DNA of 63,780 nt, filler included, from Atractiella rhizophila (lineage: Eukaryota): the NCBI GenBank assembly GCA_021432655.1. It is 4 parts of 4 records of this genome, joined end to end, with 100 filler letters (N's around TTAATTAATTAA, not from the genome) between each part and the next. Parts side by side here need not be neighbours in the genome. Positions count along the whole stretch, not along the records: positions 25,933 to 51,660 come from MU271766.1; positions 51,761 to 62,580 come from MU271828.1; 2 more parts are not named here. One strand, given 5' to 3'. A model generated the notes under the pieces. The model did not search any database and was not told where the DNA came from. It worked only from the letters and a program-made list of their open reading frames with translations. Of this stretch, positions 37,035 to 54,539 are shown piece by piece. Numbering within the stretch: the first letter of the stretch is position 1; each line of letters opens with the position of its first letter. The translations under genes and the position numbers were made by a program.

Positions 37035-39422
37035 TCAAAGTTCGTCGTAAGTAAGATACCTCTCCTCCTCCTCTTCCTCGTCTTGGTAGTCCGGCATCCG
37101 CCTAGTCGTTCTTTTTTCCTTTTCCTTCTCCTCATTTTCTCTAGCCAGGGATAGATGCAACATCGATCCAAAAGAGGAAGCCCTGAACGAATCCGAGTAC
37201 TTCAATAGAGGACTGGTGATTGGACTCAAGATTGGACTAGCAATATGGGAAATTGCATCATAAACCGAACCGGAGAAAGAGGGGGTGGGAGAGGTCGTCA
37301 AAATTGGAGTTGATTTCTCAACCAAGGAGTCAGGACATGGAGTTGGACGAGGGAGTCGAGATTGTGGCATCACCGGCGGAGAGCCCAGGGGTTTTGCCTC
37401 CCTGAGCACTTTAGAGTTACATCGTGGCCTTCCATCTCCTGCAAGCGCGATCGAATTCGTCCTGGATCTCGACTTCAGCATCGCCATCTTGTCCTGTTCC
37501 TTCTTCTGCTCCTTCATCGCCGTCGAAAGAGAATAACAAGAAGGTGACATTGGCGGACTGAAAGGAGTTGATGGAGTAGTCCGTCCTGAGACTGAAGTCG
37601 CAGGAGTGATTGGTCTCGCTTCCATGCCAATCCTGCTACGGTTAGGATCGAAGACGGCATAATCCGTCGCAGTCCTCCTAAACGCTGTCGACTTAGATGA
37701 TGGAGTTTCTCTAGCGCGAGAAGTAGAGGATTCCGTGCTTGCCCTCGTCAAGGTGAGAGGCGGAGGAGGTCGCTGTTTGCTCTCGTCCAATCCGCCGAAC
37801 CTATGACGAGTGAACGACCCGCTGAGTTTCTGGACGCGACGGAGGACATGGACGTGTTGGATCTAACCATCGATGCGGCCTGCGAAGCTGATGTCGGAAG
37901 AGCGCGCAGGGTTTCTGAGTGCGTCATCCCAATTTCTGAGTCGCTCTCATCGTCCATATTCCCGTCCCCGTTTCCGAGAGGAGAAAGTGGGCGAAGGTGC
38001 TGATGTACAGCGCGTACTGTGTCGGAACGTCCAATCCTATTCTTGCCCTCGTTATACCCGGACCAAGAGGGGATAGAGGACGCGAGCTCGCTCCGAGGGA
38101 ATGAGAGTGACGATGACCAAACTGACTTCCATGGAGGTATGGAGATGAGTGGGGTCTTGGAGAGTTCCCTCGATAGGTAGAAGGGGTAGGTTCGACATCG
38201 ACTGCCTTCCTGTAGGGGGAAGCGGAGACGCCCACACCATTGCTCCTTTCGCCTCCCTCTCTTCCTCCAAATCCACTCTCTTCTCCAAAGAAAGACCTGT
38301 AGAGCGACGTCGCCTGAGTCGTATGTGAGTAACCCATACTTTCCCTCGGGAAGTGGTACTCTTGACTGTGATGATCATCATCCCTTTTCGCTCTTCTGAG
38401 GGCCTTCGCGCGCTCGATCTCTATCTCGAGTTCCGACTTTTGGACTTCGGTCGACGGGAAAGGGATAGTGCTCCTATTTGCTTGGGACGCAGCGAGCTGA
38501 TCGTATTTGGGTTTGAGTTTGGGAGCGATGTGTTCTTGGGCTGCGTTAGTGTGGAAACAGAGGCTCCATTGAGTCGGTGACCCCGTTCGCGATCCGGCAA
38601 GGAAAGGAAGGGTACGAGGGGAGAAGCTGAATCCATCTGAGAAGAAGAATTGGGAGAAGAAAGCGTCGATGCTCTCTTTTCCGACATGAGATCTCTCTTC
38701 GTCTCTTCCTTCGCCCTTTCCTTCTCCTTCAGTTTCCACGTAGACAGCAGCTCCCTTCGCCTGCCATCATCATCCCAAGCCACTTGCTGCTGCTCTTCGA
38801 TCTCTGTCCTTCCGCCTTCCGAACCGAACGAACCGAGCGCGAGATGAAGGGAAGACTTCGTCAAGCTGGTCAAGTTGGAGAGCGGCATCCACCTCTCCGT
38901 CCTTGGTACCTTCGCCTTCCCTTCCTGACACCTCGTTCCGTCCTTCGCTCCCTTCCGAAATATTTCAAAATTTTCTGCACCTGCAGAAGACGACGCCCGA
39001 CATTCCCTCCCCTTCCCTTCGCCGATGCTCCCAATAAAAGGGTAGTCGGACCCCAGTTCCAGTGCCACCGCCGGTACGGATATAGAGGTATCAGAAGCGT
39101 GAGAGCTTGAGTGGGACTTGGGGGACGAGAAGTCAGACATGAGCGAAGAATCCATTTCAGAGCTCGGGGCTCTAGAAAAGAGCCTGGAGGAGGACGAAGT
39201 GGAAGGACGAGAAGCGGCGTGATGGAACGTTCGGGTGAGGGTGGGAGAAAGCGCTCGATGTGCCGTGGCAGCGCGCGGCCAATGGTTCCTGAGCGACGCG
39301 GACGAAGCGGAGGTCTTCGACGTCGTGCATGGTCCCGGGAGGGAGTGGGATCGTGAGCGAGCGTCTAATTGGGTGTCGTTGGTCATGCTGGTCTGAATAT
39401 TATCTGGAGACTCGTAATTCAA
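37035..39422 (-). CDS. Ser/Pro-rich disordered hypothetical protein, probably 4 exons
   Basis: Four overlapping protein-like ORFs that can be joined by short (about 41-53 nt) GT-AG introns. Start uncertain. Confidence 0.55.
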
Positions 39423-40446
39423 GTTCGTTAGTCGTTAGGTAGTCGTCAGTAGGGATTATATCCTGTCCATCAAGTTGTATCAGCGCGTTATTCCATCCCG
39501 TATAAAGTGTTAAAGGAAGAAAGGAAAAGTGAGGAAAGTGGTGGGACGAGAGGGAAAGCTGGAAAGAGAACCAGAGGAGAATTGTGGGAGTTTGTCGCAG
39601 GTGTTGTGACTTGAAGGAGGATGAGAGCGGAAGGAGGCTTACCAAGAGAAAAGATACAGAGCTACTTAGGTACCATAGCGAGACAGGAAAAAGAAAGAAA
39701 GTGACGAGATGAGCAAGACAGACGGAGGGTAATATATATGCTACGAAAAAGTCGAAAGGGAGCAAATATCAGAGCGAATAGCATCATAAAGGGGCACACA
39801 CTTGCTGGGAAGGAATTTAAGTTCATGGATGTTTAACGTGTTTGCCTGCCACTTTGCAGCGCGACTTGAAAGAATAACGTGACTCGCGATCCAGTTCAGC
39901 GGCGTGAGAAAAATATGAATAGATGTTGCTCTAGATGCTGCTCCAAGACGCTCCAAGTACTCCAGATGCAGGCTGAACGTAACCACATGTTGATCAAGAG
40001 CAAAAATTAAGAATCTATCTTATCTCGCCCTTCCTCATGTGATCATGTGACCATTCATTTAGATCAATCAGCGGGCTGATCTTCACCTCAAGCAACGGTA
40101 CGGAACTCCCTCGAGCGCGAGTGCGAGGTGAGGCTGAGCCACGACTGAGCATGAAATACGAGTATTGGGATCACAGATGGTCAATAAATCAACAGAGTAA
40201 CTCGATCCAGAACTCTGGTTGAATCAGGAACGACGTCACCGAAAAAGGAAAACCAGAATTGGTTCCATCCCTCTTTTCGTCACCTGTTTTTTCACTCTCT
40301 CCTACATAAACACTCGCTCCCTCCCTCTCTCCCACTCTGTCCATAACTCTCCCGCTAATCAGCAACAAGGACCACTTCCAACAATCACGACAGATTCACG
40401 AATAACGCGCACACCAACAACAAACCAACAAGCACGATAGGACAAC

Positions 40447-43400
40447 ATGTCCACCGTAACCCAAGACGAAGCAGTCTCTAAATCCACTCAGACCTTCACC
40501 ACCGCCCTCATCCTCAATTCAGCGATAGCGTTGGCCGAACTATGCGTCTTCCTCGTTATCAGGAACAAGTTCAACAAGATCTACCAGCCACGCAGTTTTC
40601 TGCCCTTACCTCAGTAAGCCTCTTCCCTTTCCGTTGTTGAGAATGGGCTCGCGGTTCCTCTCTGCAGTTCGCCATTAGAAATTGGCTTGATTTCTCGTTC
40701 CCTCTTGCTGATACGATGTGGTGGTGGTACAGGAAGAGGACGTCGCCTATCCCTAATGGGCTCCTCAATTTCTTCCCGAGTCTTTATAGAACCCCTTCAC
40801 GGCTGATCATCGAGAAGAATGGGTTGGACGCCTACATGTTCGTCCGCTACCTCTTCGTCATGGGAATCAAAATCTTGTAAGTCTCTCGAAGCATCCCATG
40901 CTATTCTCTTGTTGACGAGCGCCGCAATAGCTTTCCCATCTGGTTAATTTCCTGGGCTGTCCTGTTGCCTGTTGACTCAGTAAATTCGGGAGGAAAGGGT
41001 ATGTCATTTCGCTTCCTTTCTTCGTCCACTTGCTGATAAAGGAATGGGAAAAAGGGAAGGGTCTCGACCTTTTCACGTTCGGAAACGTTGGCCTGTCTTC
41101 GTCTCAACAGACACGATATGCCGCCCACTTGGTTCTCGCGTGGGTGTTCACGATCTACATCTTCTACGTGCTTCGGGTCGAGCTATCCCACTACCTTGTC
41201 AAGAGACAACAGTTCCTCATCTCCCCCTCCCACGTCGCTTTACCTCAGTCCAGGACTGTGCTCGTCCAAGGAGTGCCTCCTAGCTTTTTGCGGAGGAGCA
41301 AGATCCTCAAATTGTGCGACAGTCTGCCGGGAGGGGTGGAGCGCGTGTGGTGGGTGAGGGATTTGGGGGCAGAGAAGGAGGGGACGGTGGAGAGTCAGTA
41401 CCTGAAGAATGGGAAGGAGAGGAAGAAGACCTCAATGCAGGACGACTTTGATCAGAGGTCGAAATTGCTCAATAAGCTCGAAGGTGCAGAAACTAAACTC
41501 TTGAAGATGGCGACAAAGGCGGCGAAGAAACAACCACAGGGATCTGCCGCTCCGCCTGATGTCGAGAAAGGTGAACCGAGGTCGTTGCAGTGGGTTCCAG
41601 CGAAGAAGAGGCCGACTATGAAGCTTGGATTCTTGGGACTCTTTGGGGAGAAGGTGGACAAAATTCAATATTGTAGGGAGGAGATCGCAAGGTTGAATAA
41701 GGAATTGGAATATAAGAGGGAACGTTTGGATGCAAAAGTGGTCGGAGGCGATAAGTGGGAGTATCCCCGTCAGGGCGGCGTCTTCATCTTGTTCAGAGAC
41801 CAGGCTGCCGCTCATATATTCGCTCAGTATGCCCTTCTCCTTCCCCTTCAGTTCAGAAGTGCTAATAACGGGTGCTTAGATGCGTTCTGCACCCCACTCC
41901 GTTACATATGACTAACAAGTTCATCAACGTCGCTCCTCAGGATGTCATTTGGCCCAACCTCTCTATAAACCCCTACCAGCAGAAAGTTCGCGCAGCGATC
42001 TCTTGGGCGTTGACACTCGGATTGATTATCTTCTGGGCCTTCCCAGTAGCTTTTGTTGGTTTGATCTCCAACGTTTCCTACCTCTGCCTCAAGGCTAGCT
42101 GGCTCCGATGGTTGTGCACTCTTCCCGTCCCCATCGTAAGTTGACTGTTTACTGTCAGTATCCGTTTTCTGAACCTGTCTCGGTGATGGATAGAACGGTA
42201 TCATCCAAGGTGTCCTGCCCCCCGTCGCGCTCGCCATCCTCTTCATGTTGCTGCCTATCGTCCTTCGTCTGTTTGCCAAGTTCGAAGGAATCCCGCTGCA
42301 ATCTCTTGTCGAGCTCTCGCTCATGAAACGGTACTTCATCTTCCTCGTCCTTCACGGTTTCCTCGTCGTCACCCTCTCCTCGGGCCTGGTCGCCGCCTTA
42401 CCTCAGATCGCTAATAACCCGGCCTCGACTGTCAACATCCTGGCGGAGAACTTGCCCAAGGCTTCAACCTTCTTCCTCACTTACATAGTCACAACTGGTT
42501 TCGCCGGTGCTGCAGGTGCCCTGTTGCAGATCTCGACTCTCGTCGTTTACTATGTCAAGCTCTTTATTCTTGGAAGCACGCCTAGGAGCGTATACGGCAT
42601 CAAGTTCACCATGTCCAGCGTCCAGTGGGGGACTCTCTTCCCGAATATGTCATTGTTGGCCGTCATCGGGATCAGTTATATGATTATCTCTCCCATCATT
42701 AACGGACTGGCTTGCGTCGCTTTCATCATCTTCTACGCGACTTACAAGTACCTCTTTCTCTGGTATGCCCATCTCCATTCAATTTTGAAGTAGAGGATTT
42801 GATGAGAAATGATCACAGGGTATACGACATGCCACCGTCGTCAGAGACCGGCGGGCTCTTTTTCCCCCTTGCTGTGCAGCACATCTTCGTCGGTCTCTAC
42901 ATCCAGGAAGTCTGTCTCTGTGGTCTCTTCTTCCTCGCACGCGATGCGGATAAGAAGGTATCCGCTATCGGAGAAGGTATCTGTATGGTCATCCTCATTG
43001 TTGTCACCGTGTTCTATCACTACATTCTGATGAGTGGTTTCTCTGTATGTTTTCCTTCACATTTTGATTTGGGAAGAGATGTTGATCAATATGGATAGCC
43101 TCTCTTCGAATATCTCCCGCTTGCAATGACGGGGGACATGGCGAATGCGAAGAAGATCTTGGAGGAACAAGAGCGAGACCAAGAGCGAGAGAAAGAAGGG
43201 AATGGCTTTGCAAACGGCAATTCTGCTACTGGACGGACAACTGCGACGGAAGGCAATTATCCCAGGGGTGCCTCAGTGGAGAAGGAACGGATCCTAGATG
43301 ACCCTCAGTACCCACCGGGCTCCTCGAACTCCCCTAATCATCCGACTAGCAAGCTAGCCGTTGCTCAATTGGAAGGCGAACAGCCGAACGCTTTTGATCA

Positions 43401-43653
43401 TCCTGCTTCTTATGAGAAGCAGAGGATCGTGTGGGTCCCCAAGGATCCGTTGGGACTGAGCGCGGAAGAGGTGAGGGATAACCAAGAAGCTGGGTTCGTC
43501 TTTCTCGTTATCGTTTGCATGCATGAGTGAAGCTGATGTTTTATGATGGAATGTAGTGTCGATGCTAGTGATGAAGGGACTAGCATGAACCCAAAGGGCA
43601 GAGTGGATATTTCGAGGTCACCACCTGGGGAGCCATGGGAGGATAACAAGTAA
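40447..43653 (+). CDS. OSCA/TMEM63/CSC1 (DUF221, RSN1-like) calcium-permeable channel
   Basis: KIYQPR, NGLDAYMFVRYL, SRTVLVQGVP, FLGLFGEKVDKI, APQDVIWPNL, LAENLPKASTFFLTY, ETGGLFFP, AFDHPA...VWVPKDPLGLS; many TM helices. Confidence 0.93.
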
Positions 43654-44584
43654 GGAACAATTATTCACGATAAAGCTGTGTAAATGGCCCTTTTCGGATC
43701 TTGTTCTTGTTCGGACTTCATTGTTCGATCCGAAAGTAACTCTTTGATTGTCCACTTTTCACTTTCGCCTCGTGTAAAAAGATTTGGTTTGAATGTTTTG
43801 GTTGTGAAACGATAAGCTTGATATTTAGTTGTCAGTAGTGCGATGAATTGAGGCTGCAAAAAGGGTTGGACTATATGCACTCTACGTATGACCTATCATC
43901 CCTCTCTCGACTAAGCATGCTTGATAATCGCATATATTGCTAGTTATCCTATTCGAACACCATCACAATCGAATTCAGCTTTGTGCTAGACGATATTCGT
44001 CTTCAACCCAATGTTCATATTGACTTGATGTCTTGAATAACTCAATACGCACAGCATTCGTCCTGCGCTGTGCATCCACTGGGCACCAATTTCTCTAAAT
44101 GGTGAAAGTTCCCAAAGCTGTCCTCCCACAATGCGCAAAACTTCCCTCAAAGCCTCCCAAAAAAATCCCCTTTGTGTCATGCATGTCTTGCGGTCTGGAA
44201 CTCCTCGCCAGCAAAGTTGTCACGACATAGGTTTCTTAGAGGGAACAGCGTGGCCCTCCACATTACTCGATATTCTCTACTAACTTAGAAATCCACATTG
44301 GAAGAAGTGTCAACGCTCAAAGCGAAAGCGCTAAAGTCAACTACATAGCACAACAACCAACACATCTTGAAATCCTGGAGCCTGGGTACCGGGAAACAAA
44401 TTTCTTGACATTGATACATAGTTTCCCACCTTGTACCAGTGGGTCCCAACTTGGAGCGGTTGATTGAAGTCCCGGCTCCTGTTGGCTATGCAAGAACTCA
44501 GAAGAACTGTGGGGGACAGACATAATAACAGCACAAAAACCATAAAATCGCACCATTCTTGCCACGTTAGAAATTGCTCAATCA

Positions 44585-45057
44585 ATGTCTCTCTCTGAAG
44601 CCCTCTGCCGACAAGGCTTAATTTTCTTGACCAGTGGTGTCGCACTGGGACCAGCAGTCATCCTTGCGCCGATCCCACGCCTCGCTTTGAGCGCTCACCT
44701 CCACTGCTTACTCGAAGGAACGATGGTTCTCGCCCTGGGCAATTATCTGTCTCCCACACGAGAGGCACGTTTGTCTCCCCGAGAAAAGCGCTTGATCTTT
44801 TGGGGCATCATCGCGACCTGGCCAGCCATCCTCACTGAGGTCGCGAACGGCTGGTGGGGAACGACGGGTACACTTCCAATCGCGGCTCGACAAGCTGGTA
44901 TCCTTGCAAGGGCTGCTCTGTGGAAGGAGGCCATCGTCTACGTCACTCATGCTGGTGACGCGGTGGGAGCCCTGATCTCTGTAAGTCTCGAAAAACTCGA
45001 ACGAAGCAAGCTGACACATGGCAATAGCTTGGAATACTGTGTCGCAGACTGTTGTGA
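44585..45057 (+). CDS. Small 4-TM protein resembling the styrene-oxide isomerase (StyC)-like bacterial family, 141 aa
   Basis: PRLALSAHLHCLLEGTMVLALG, RLS...FW, WGT...PIA, W(K)EAIV. Exon 44585-44980, intron gtaagt...gctgac...tag, exon 45028-45057. Family call from remembered motif pattern only. Confidence 0.65.
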
Positions 45058-46129
45058 CAACGGAAAAAATTCTGGTGGATGAAATCCATGCGATATCTAG
45101 TGATCAAGATGACCAAAAAGGTCATTCAATCCTCGTGCCGTAGATGACTCTCCTGCAGGCTGACAGCATCCAGAGTGAGAGTGCATCCTCAGACGCATCC
45201 AATAAGACCTTAGCCATTTAGCAGATCCTAAGATTGTTTACTAAGGAGCGTCGGCGAAAACGGCGTCCTTTTGGCTATCTAAAGTTACACCGACTGCAGC
45301 TAAGAATCGTACTGATCTCTTTCTTGCCTACCCTAATCAATGGGATAGAACTGTCAACTGGGAGACATTGTCGCTCCCCAAGATCTTGAGCAACAGACTT
45401 CTTCTCAGTGGTTGAACCAGGTTTAACCGACCATGCTCCACATCTTACCATTGCACTACTCTACGTCACGGCGGAGCAGGCATGCACCGACGTCGTGGAA
45501 GGGGCTGTGGGAATGGGACACGCCCTAAACACCTGACGGCTACAAGTCCAAATGATATACAATGGAACATTGACACAAGATCAGTTTGAGCCAACTCTGG
45601 GGCCTTATCTGAGCACTTGCGCGCTACAGGGATGGGGAATGAACATCAACCCGCCACAAACGTGCTTTCACTGAGTCAACGTCTAGTGGTCTAAGGTATC
45701 AGATATCCCATTGAGATTCCAATATCGTTCAACAGGTCTTTAGCCTTAATAAGGAAGGGACAGATTTACACATAAACATGAATGTTAGTAATATAGGAGC
45801 AGCCAGAAAATAAATTGACGGACCAAAAGCAAGTTGAATGTACACGGTAAGCGGATGACGAAAGGTAGATTCTGTCTATGTCCAATTCTGCGCACCATTG
45901 GGATGCAATCTGGTGAAACCTCGACTTTCATGTCTTCAGGTCTACAAGTTGCTCTAGCTCATTTCGAACCCCTACGTCGATATCGTTGGAATGATACATA
46001 GACCTCGGAGTTGACCAGCGTGGCGACCGGGCCGATCGGGAGTTTGCTTGCGATCTCACTTTCACTTGGAACTGCAACAATCACTTCTATCCTGCCAACG
46101 ACTTGTTAACAACTCGCAAAGAATATAGC

Positions 46130-47784
<1,655 letters not shown>

Positions 47785-48166
47785 AGGTGGCGCACTGTCA
47801 AAAATATGGCGTCCAATCGACAATCTGCATAAGCTTTCTTCGCAGCTGTTTCGTCGTTCTTGATCAGAATTTTCTTCTTCTTCATTGCTGGCAGTGTTCC
47901 TTTTTCGATTAGAGGATTGTTTGGTTATGTTAGTACAGGTAACGCTTGTTCTATGGGTAGGAGGATGTGGTACATGTCAAAGAGCAAGCAGTATGTTACA
48001 CTATCTTTTTGTACTGCATATGTTAACGAACGAACGATTTCTTGCTTTTGTTGTCCGGAGCTAAGGTTCGGCGTAATTAGCCAGACATCCCGAAAAAAAA
48101 TTGTCGAAGCTCTTCAAACCTGTTTAGAGACACATATCTTCCCCCTCTCTCAGAGTTTGTCGCGTT

Positions 48167-50278
48167 ATGACTTCCAAAAAGGTCTCTCGCCTTAGAAAGC
48201 AGCTGTCCTCAAGTTCCCAAGATCTCAATCCGCTTGCAGACCTCATTCAACACTTGCAAACCTGCCCATTGCAGGACGACTACCTTGAAGGTGTGAAGAT
48301 CGCCAAGGAGGAGCTTGAGAAAGCAATCAAGGATGGAAGATTGTCATTTGAGAAGGAGAAAAAGGGAGAGCAGAGCAAGGAGAAGGATCCAAAGAGGATA
48401 GTAGCTAAGTGGATAAGGGAAAGAGCGCAGGAGTACTTGAAGGCGTTGGAAAGAGGGATGCTGAGTGATGATGCGAACGCTCAGGTTCGTTCATTTCTAT
48501 TGCATTGTGCACGAGGGTAGGAGGCTATATTGAAATGGACACTGTCGAATCGTCGAGGAGACGTTCACTAACAACGTTCTTTCAAACTTTTATCGAGCGC
48601 CGTTGACACATTCTGTAGGAAGCAGCACTATCAGCACACCTCACACTTTTGCAAGTATCCTCTCGAACTACAGGGCGACCGTTTCCATCCGCCTTAGTGT
48701 CGCCGCTCATCCCCACCCTTCTTTCTTCCTCCACATCACTTCAATCCGCCTTCACATCGAACTATCTCGACACCTACGACGACATACGTCATTTCTTCCT
48801 TTCTGAAGCGAGCAAATATACTGGGACGCTGCCTAACCCATCTTCGGAGTATACTTCTGTAATGCTACAATATCTTGAAGGAATCACGACCATGCCTGAT
48901 GATTCATCGGAACTTAACGAATGGTGGGGTTTCGATCCAGCTACTTCCGAAAGGAAAGGAAAAGGGAAGAAGAGGGCATTGTCCAGGGAGGCAGACAAGG
49001 AGAGGAAAACGAAAAAACGCAAGGTGGAGGAACAGAACGTTGGTGCAACTGGGATTTTCGATGATGAAGCAGCCGAGGAGATGCTATCAGACAGCGAGGA
49101 GGAGCCGAGCGAAGATACCATAGTGACGCAGGAAGAAAAAGAGGATGTACACCCACTACTGGAACTCTCGACTCATAGGAAGTCGTATACTCAATACTTC
49201 TATGCGCTGCTTGGGACTGGCTTGGATGAAGACCAAATGAAGAGACTTCTTGTCGTACTACACTCGAGAGTTCTGCCAAATTTGACGCATGTGACGAGGT
49301 TGATGGATTGGCTTGCGGATTGCACGGATCGCGGCATGTCGTCTCATCAACCAGAAGAGCTTCACTCTAACGAAAACTCCAGGCGGTACTGTGGCCCTTC
49401 TCGCTTTGAACGCGCTTTATCTCGTCATGAGCAAGAATAACCTGTGTGTCTAATGCTTTTCAGTTTCTCCCACGCTGCTGAAGCCTGAAGGCAGTGATTA
49501 TCCCAACTTCTTCCCTCGTGTCTACGCGCTGTTAGATCGAAAGATGTTGCATTCTCGCTACAGAACACGTTTTCTCAACTTGCTGGATCTCTTTCTAACA
49601 TCTTCGTCAGTCTTCTCATTTATTGAAGAATCGGACTAAAGTGGATGACAGCCATCTCACCTCTAGTCTAGTGGCAGCGTTTATTAAACGCCTGTCCCGA
49701 CTAAGTCTCAATGCTCCAACTGGAGCAATCGTGCTTATCCTCCCCTTTGTTTACAATCTTCTAAAGCGGCATCCGAAATGTGAACAACTAATTCATCGAG
49801 TTGAAGGAATGGATGGATTTGACAAAGGCAAGAGTTTCTCGTTTCTGATCCTCATATCACTGAGGTGTGAAAGATAGATCCATTCGACATGTCAGAGCCC
49901 GATCCATTAAATACTCACGCCCTTGAATCCTCCATTTGGGAACTAGTCTCGATGAAGAAACATTTCTGGAGCTCGATAGCTAGTTTGAGCAAGATGTTCG
50001 AGGAGAAGCTCACGAAACCCAACTATGAGCTCGAAGATTTTGCAGACCATAGCTATGCCTCAGTATGTCCACTACCATGCATCCGTGAGCCAATCACTCA
50101 CGATCTATCAAAGATGTTTGCGGTTGAAGTCAATCGCCCAATCAAGAAACCTCCTGCTTTGTCAAATCTGACGATGCCAGGTGAGGCAGTTGACGAAAAG
50201 TCATTTTTCGCTATCGATGGATATGACAGCAAGGCATCACAATCGATGGACGCTATCACAGACCTATGGTCATTCTGA
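48167..50278 (+). CDS. NOC4: Nucleolar complex protein 4 (CBF/Mak21 domain)
   Basis: YLDTYDDIRHFF, LMDWLAD...GGTVALLALNAL, DYPNFFPRVYALLD, LVAAFIKRLSRLSLNAP, YNLLKRHP, ALESSIWEL, LEDFADHSY. Confidence 0.92.
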
Positions 50279-50662
50279 GTGAATATTGGAGGGAGGAAAT
50301 ATACTGGAGATGGAATTGCATATACCGTTTGCTATGAGCTGCGAAACATCTACTTGTCCATAGCGTAAGGCGAAATCGAGACATGAAAAAACACCGCAAT
50401 TGTGCACATAGAGACTTAGTATGCCATTAAGTGAGGAAATCAGACAACCGACGGAATATGAAAAGAGTTGGTACAGATAAGATGTGCAGAAGGATCTGGG
50501 TGGGAAAAGAAAGAGGTAAAAGAGATCTGTTGTGACCTCAACCAAAAAGGCCAGTGGTTCCCGAGATGACAGAAAAACGAAATGATTACCTGCAGACGGA
50601 TTCGGAAACGTGAACCAAGAAGGGTATACACTATTGGACTGCAGCACAGCGATGAAGAGGAT

Positions 50663-51660
50663 CTAGCGACTGGAGTCGTGTTCAGAAGAGGAGGCAGCCT
50701 TCTTTTCTGCAAGGCCTTTCAGGACGTCTCGACAGTATACCAATTTTTGTCGGAGGAAATCCATTCTTGATTGATGTCTCGCTATTTGCGCTGCATCGCC
50801 GTCCACCTTCTTGACCAAATTCCTGCTTATTCTTCGGAGAGACATGGTCACCATCCTACGCTCGCAGTCGATGATCGTTACGACCATAGCGTTTTCTGAA
50901 AAGAGGATTTTCGAATGATCGAAGAAGTTGAACTAATCAGGAGAGTTGAGTGAAACCAGTTGGGAATATCAACAAGGGCCCACCTGGATAACATCATTGC
51001 TGAGCTTGAAAACGATGGCAGCTTTCATGCGGTAGTATTTGACGAGGAAGTCCATGTTCTTAGTCCGATTTTCGTCAACGAAAGCCCATTCGTCCCCTCG
51101 AGTTAGCTCGTTTCTCATGTACTCATCGAAGTAATTGAGCAAGAATCCTTTCCGTGCCAGCTCTTTAGGAGGATCGCGAGCATCGTAGTTTCGTCGGCTG
51201 TAGACCACACTTTTGCGATTGTAAATATAATCCAATCGTCTATCATCTCATCAGAACATATCCTAAAGGGAAAGAATGGAATCTTACTCTTTACCGGGAG
51301 CCAGAACCATCGTCGTGGTGTCGTTGAAGTAGAGTCCAGCGGATCCATCGGTGAGATAGTAAGCTGTTCCGTACTTATGCGTGTAATCGACCCAGCAATG
51401 TATAAATACTTTAGGAGCGACGAGCTCTTTCGGATCTGATTGCAATTCAGCTTGCTTCAGGACATGTGGAACAAATGACGAACCTGGAATGGCAGCAGCG
51501 TCTTCCAGCGAAACCGCATCCAAAGCGGTCATCAAATTCTTCCACATAGCCTCGTACACTTCTTTAGAGGAAACAGTCTGGCGTCCCACCTCGACGCCGG
51601 CAGTGCTAGGGGTCTCTATCTTTGCATCTCGTGGCTCGGATACCGGCACTGGTGCTAGCG
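50663..51660 (-). CDS. CDC5: Polo-like kinase, C-terminal polo-box domains (5' part lost at gap)
   Basis: WVDYTHKYGTAYYLTDGSAGLYFNDTTTMVL, LLNYFDEYM, FLVKYYR..AIVFKLSNDVIQ|FNFFDHSKI. Confidence 0.9.
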
Positions 51661-51760
51661 NNNNNNNNNNNNNNNNNNNNNNNNNNNNNNNNNNNNNNNN
51701 NNNNTTAATTAATTAANNNNNNNNNNNNNNNNNNNNNNNNNNNNNNNNNNNNNNNNNNNN
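51661..51760. other. Artificial gap/contig linker
   Basis: N44-TTAATTAATTAA-N44. Confidence 0.98.
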
Positions 51761-52441
<681 letters not shown>

Positions 52442-53044
52442 AAGTCAAAATTGTGTCTGAGGAGACGTTTGATTCTGAAACCCACCGTGACTGAAGCAAT
52501 GTATTCTATACAACTGGAAAGGAGTGCGCTCAAATTCAAGGCTCGCGTATCCGAATCTCGTCTTGCAACAAATAAAGCGTCTGCCATTTCTCTCATGCAA
52601 GGTCTTGAACAGTCACGCCACGTGATCTCTTACCTCGGTAAGTCATTACATCGGGGTCACACTTTGAGGGCATCGGCTTGCCTGAGACGGGCCCTTGAAG
52701 CTCAATTGGTGAAGTTGGACGCGCAATGATAATACCGTTGTTTTCGACTTTCAACTTCAACGCTTGCCGGTGCCTTGCTAACGCCGACCAGTTACTTCAT
52801 CCAGTTTGAACTGATTGATCCAAGGCCATTACCGTTCTGGATTGCTCTCACCTCTGACTTTGTCAGCTGTAATTCTCAACCGGCAATAAACTTACCGGTA
52901 ATTTTACATCACGCAGGCATCACGTCGTCTCCTACCTCAGCCTGAGAACCATTTAAAAGACTCCAGTCGTCGACATGTCAAGTTCAAGTCGACAACTCCA
53001 GAGAAGTACGATAGAGAACCACAGCACAAACCAACAGCAGTAAG

Positions 53045-54539
<1,495 letters not shown>

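Noticed and set aside
37035..39422. Three successive same-direction frame switches suggesting programmed frameshifting or a pseudogene
   Set aside because: Each can be explained by a short GT-AG intron (about 41-53 nt) of matching phase, and no slippery sites were seen.
45327..45336. CCTACCCTAA as a telomerase RNA template
   Set aside because: It does not match the TAACCCTAA expected for TTAGGG repeats, is short enough to occur by chance and has no supporting domains.
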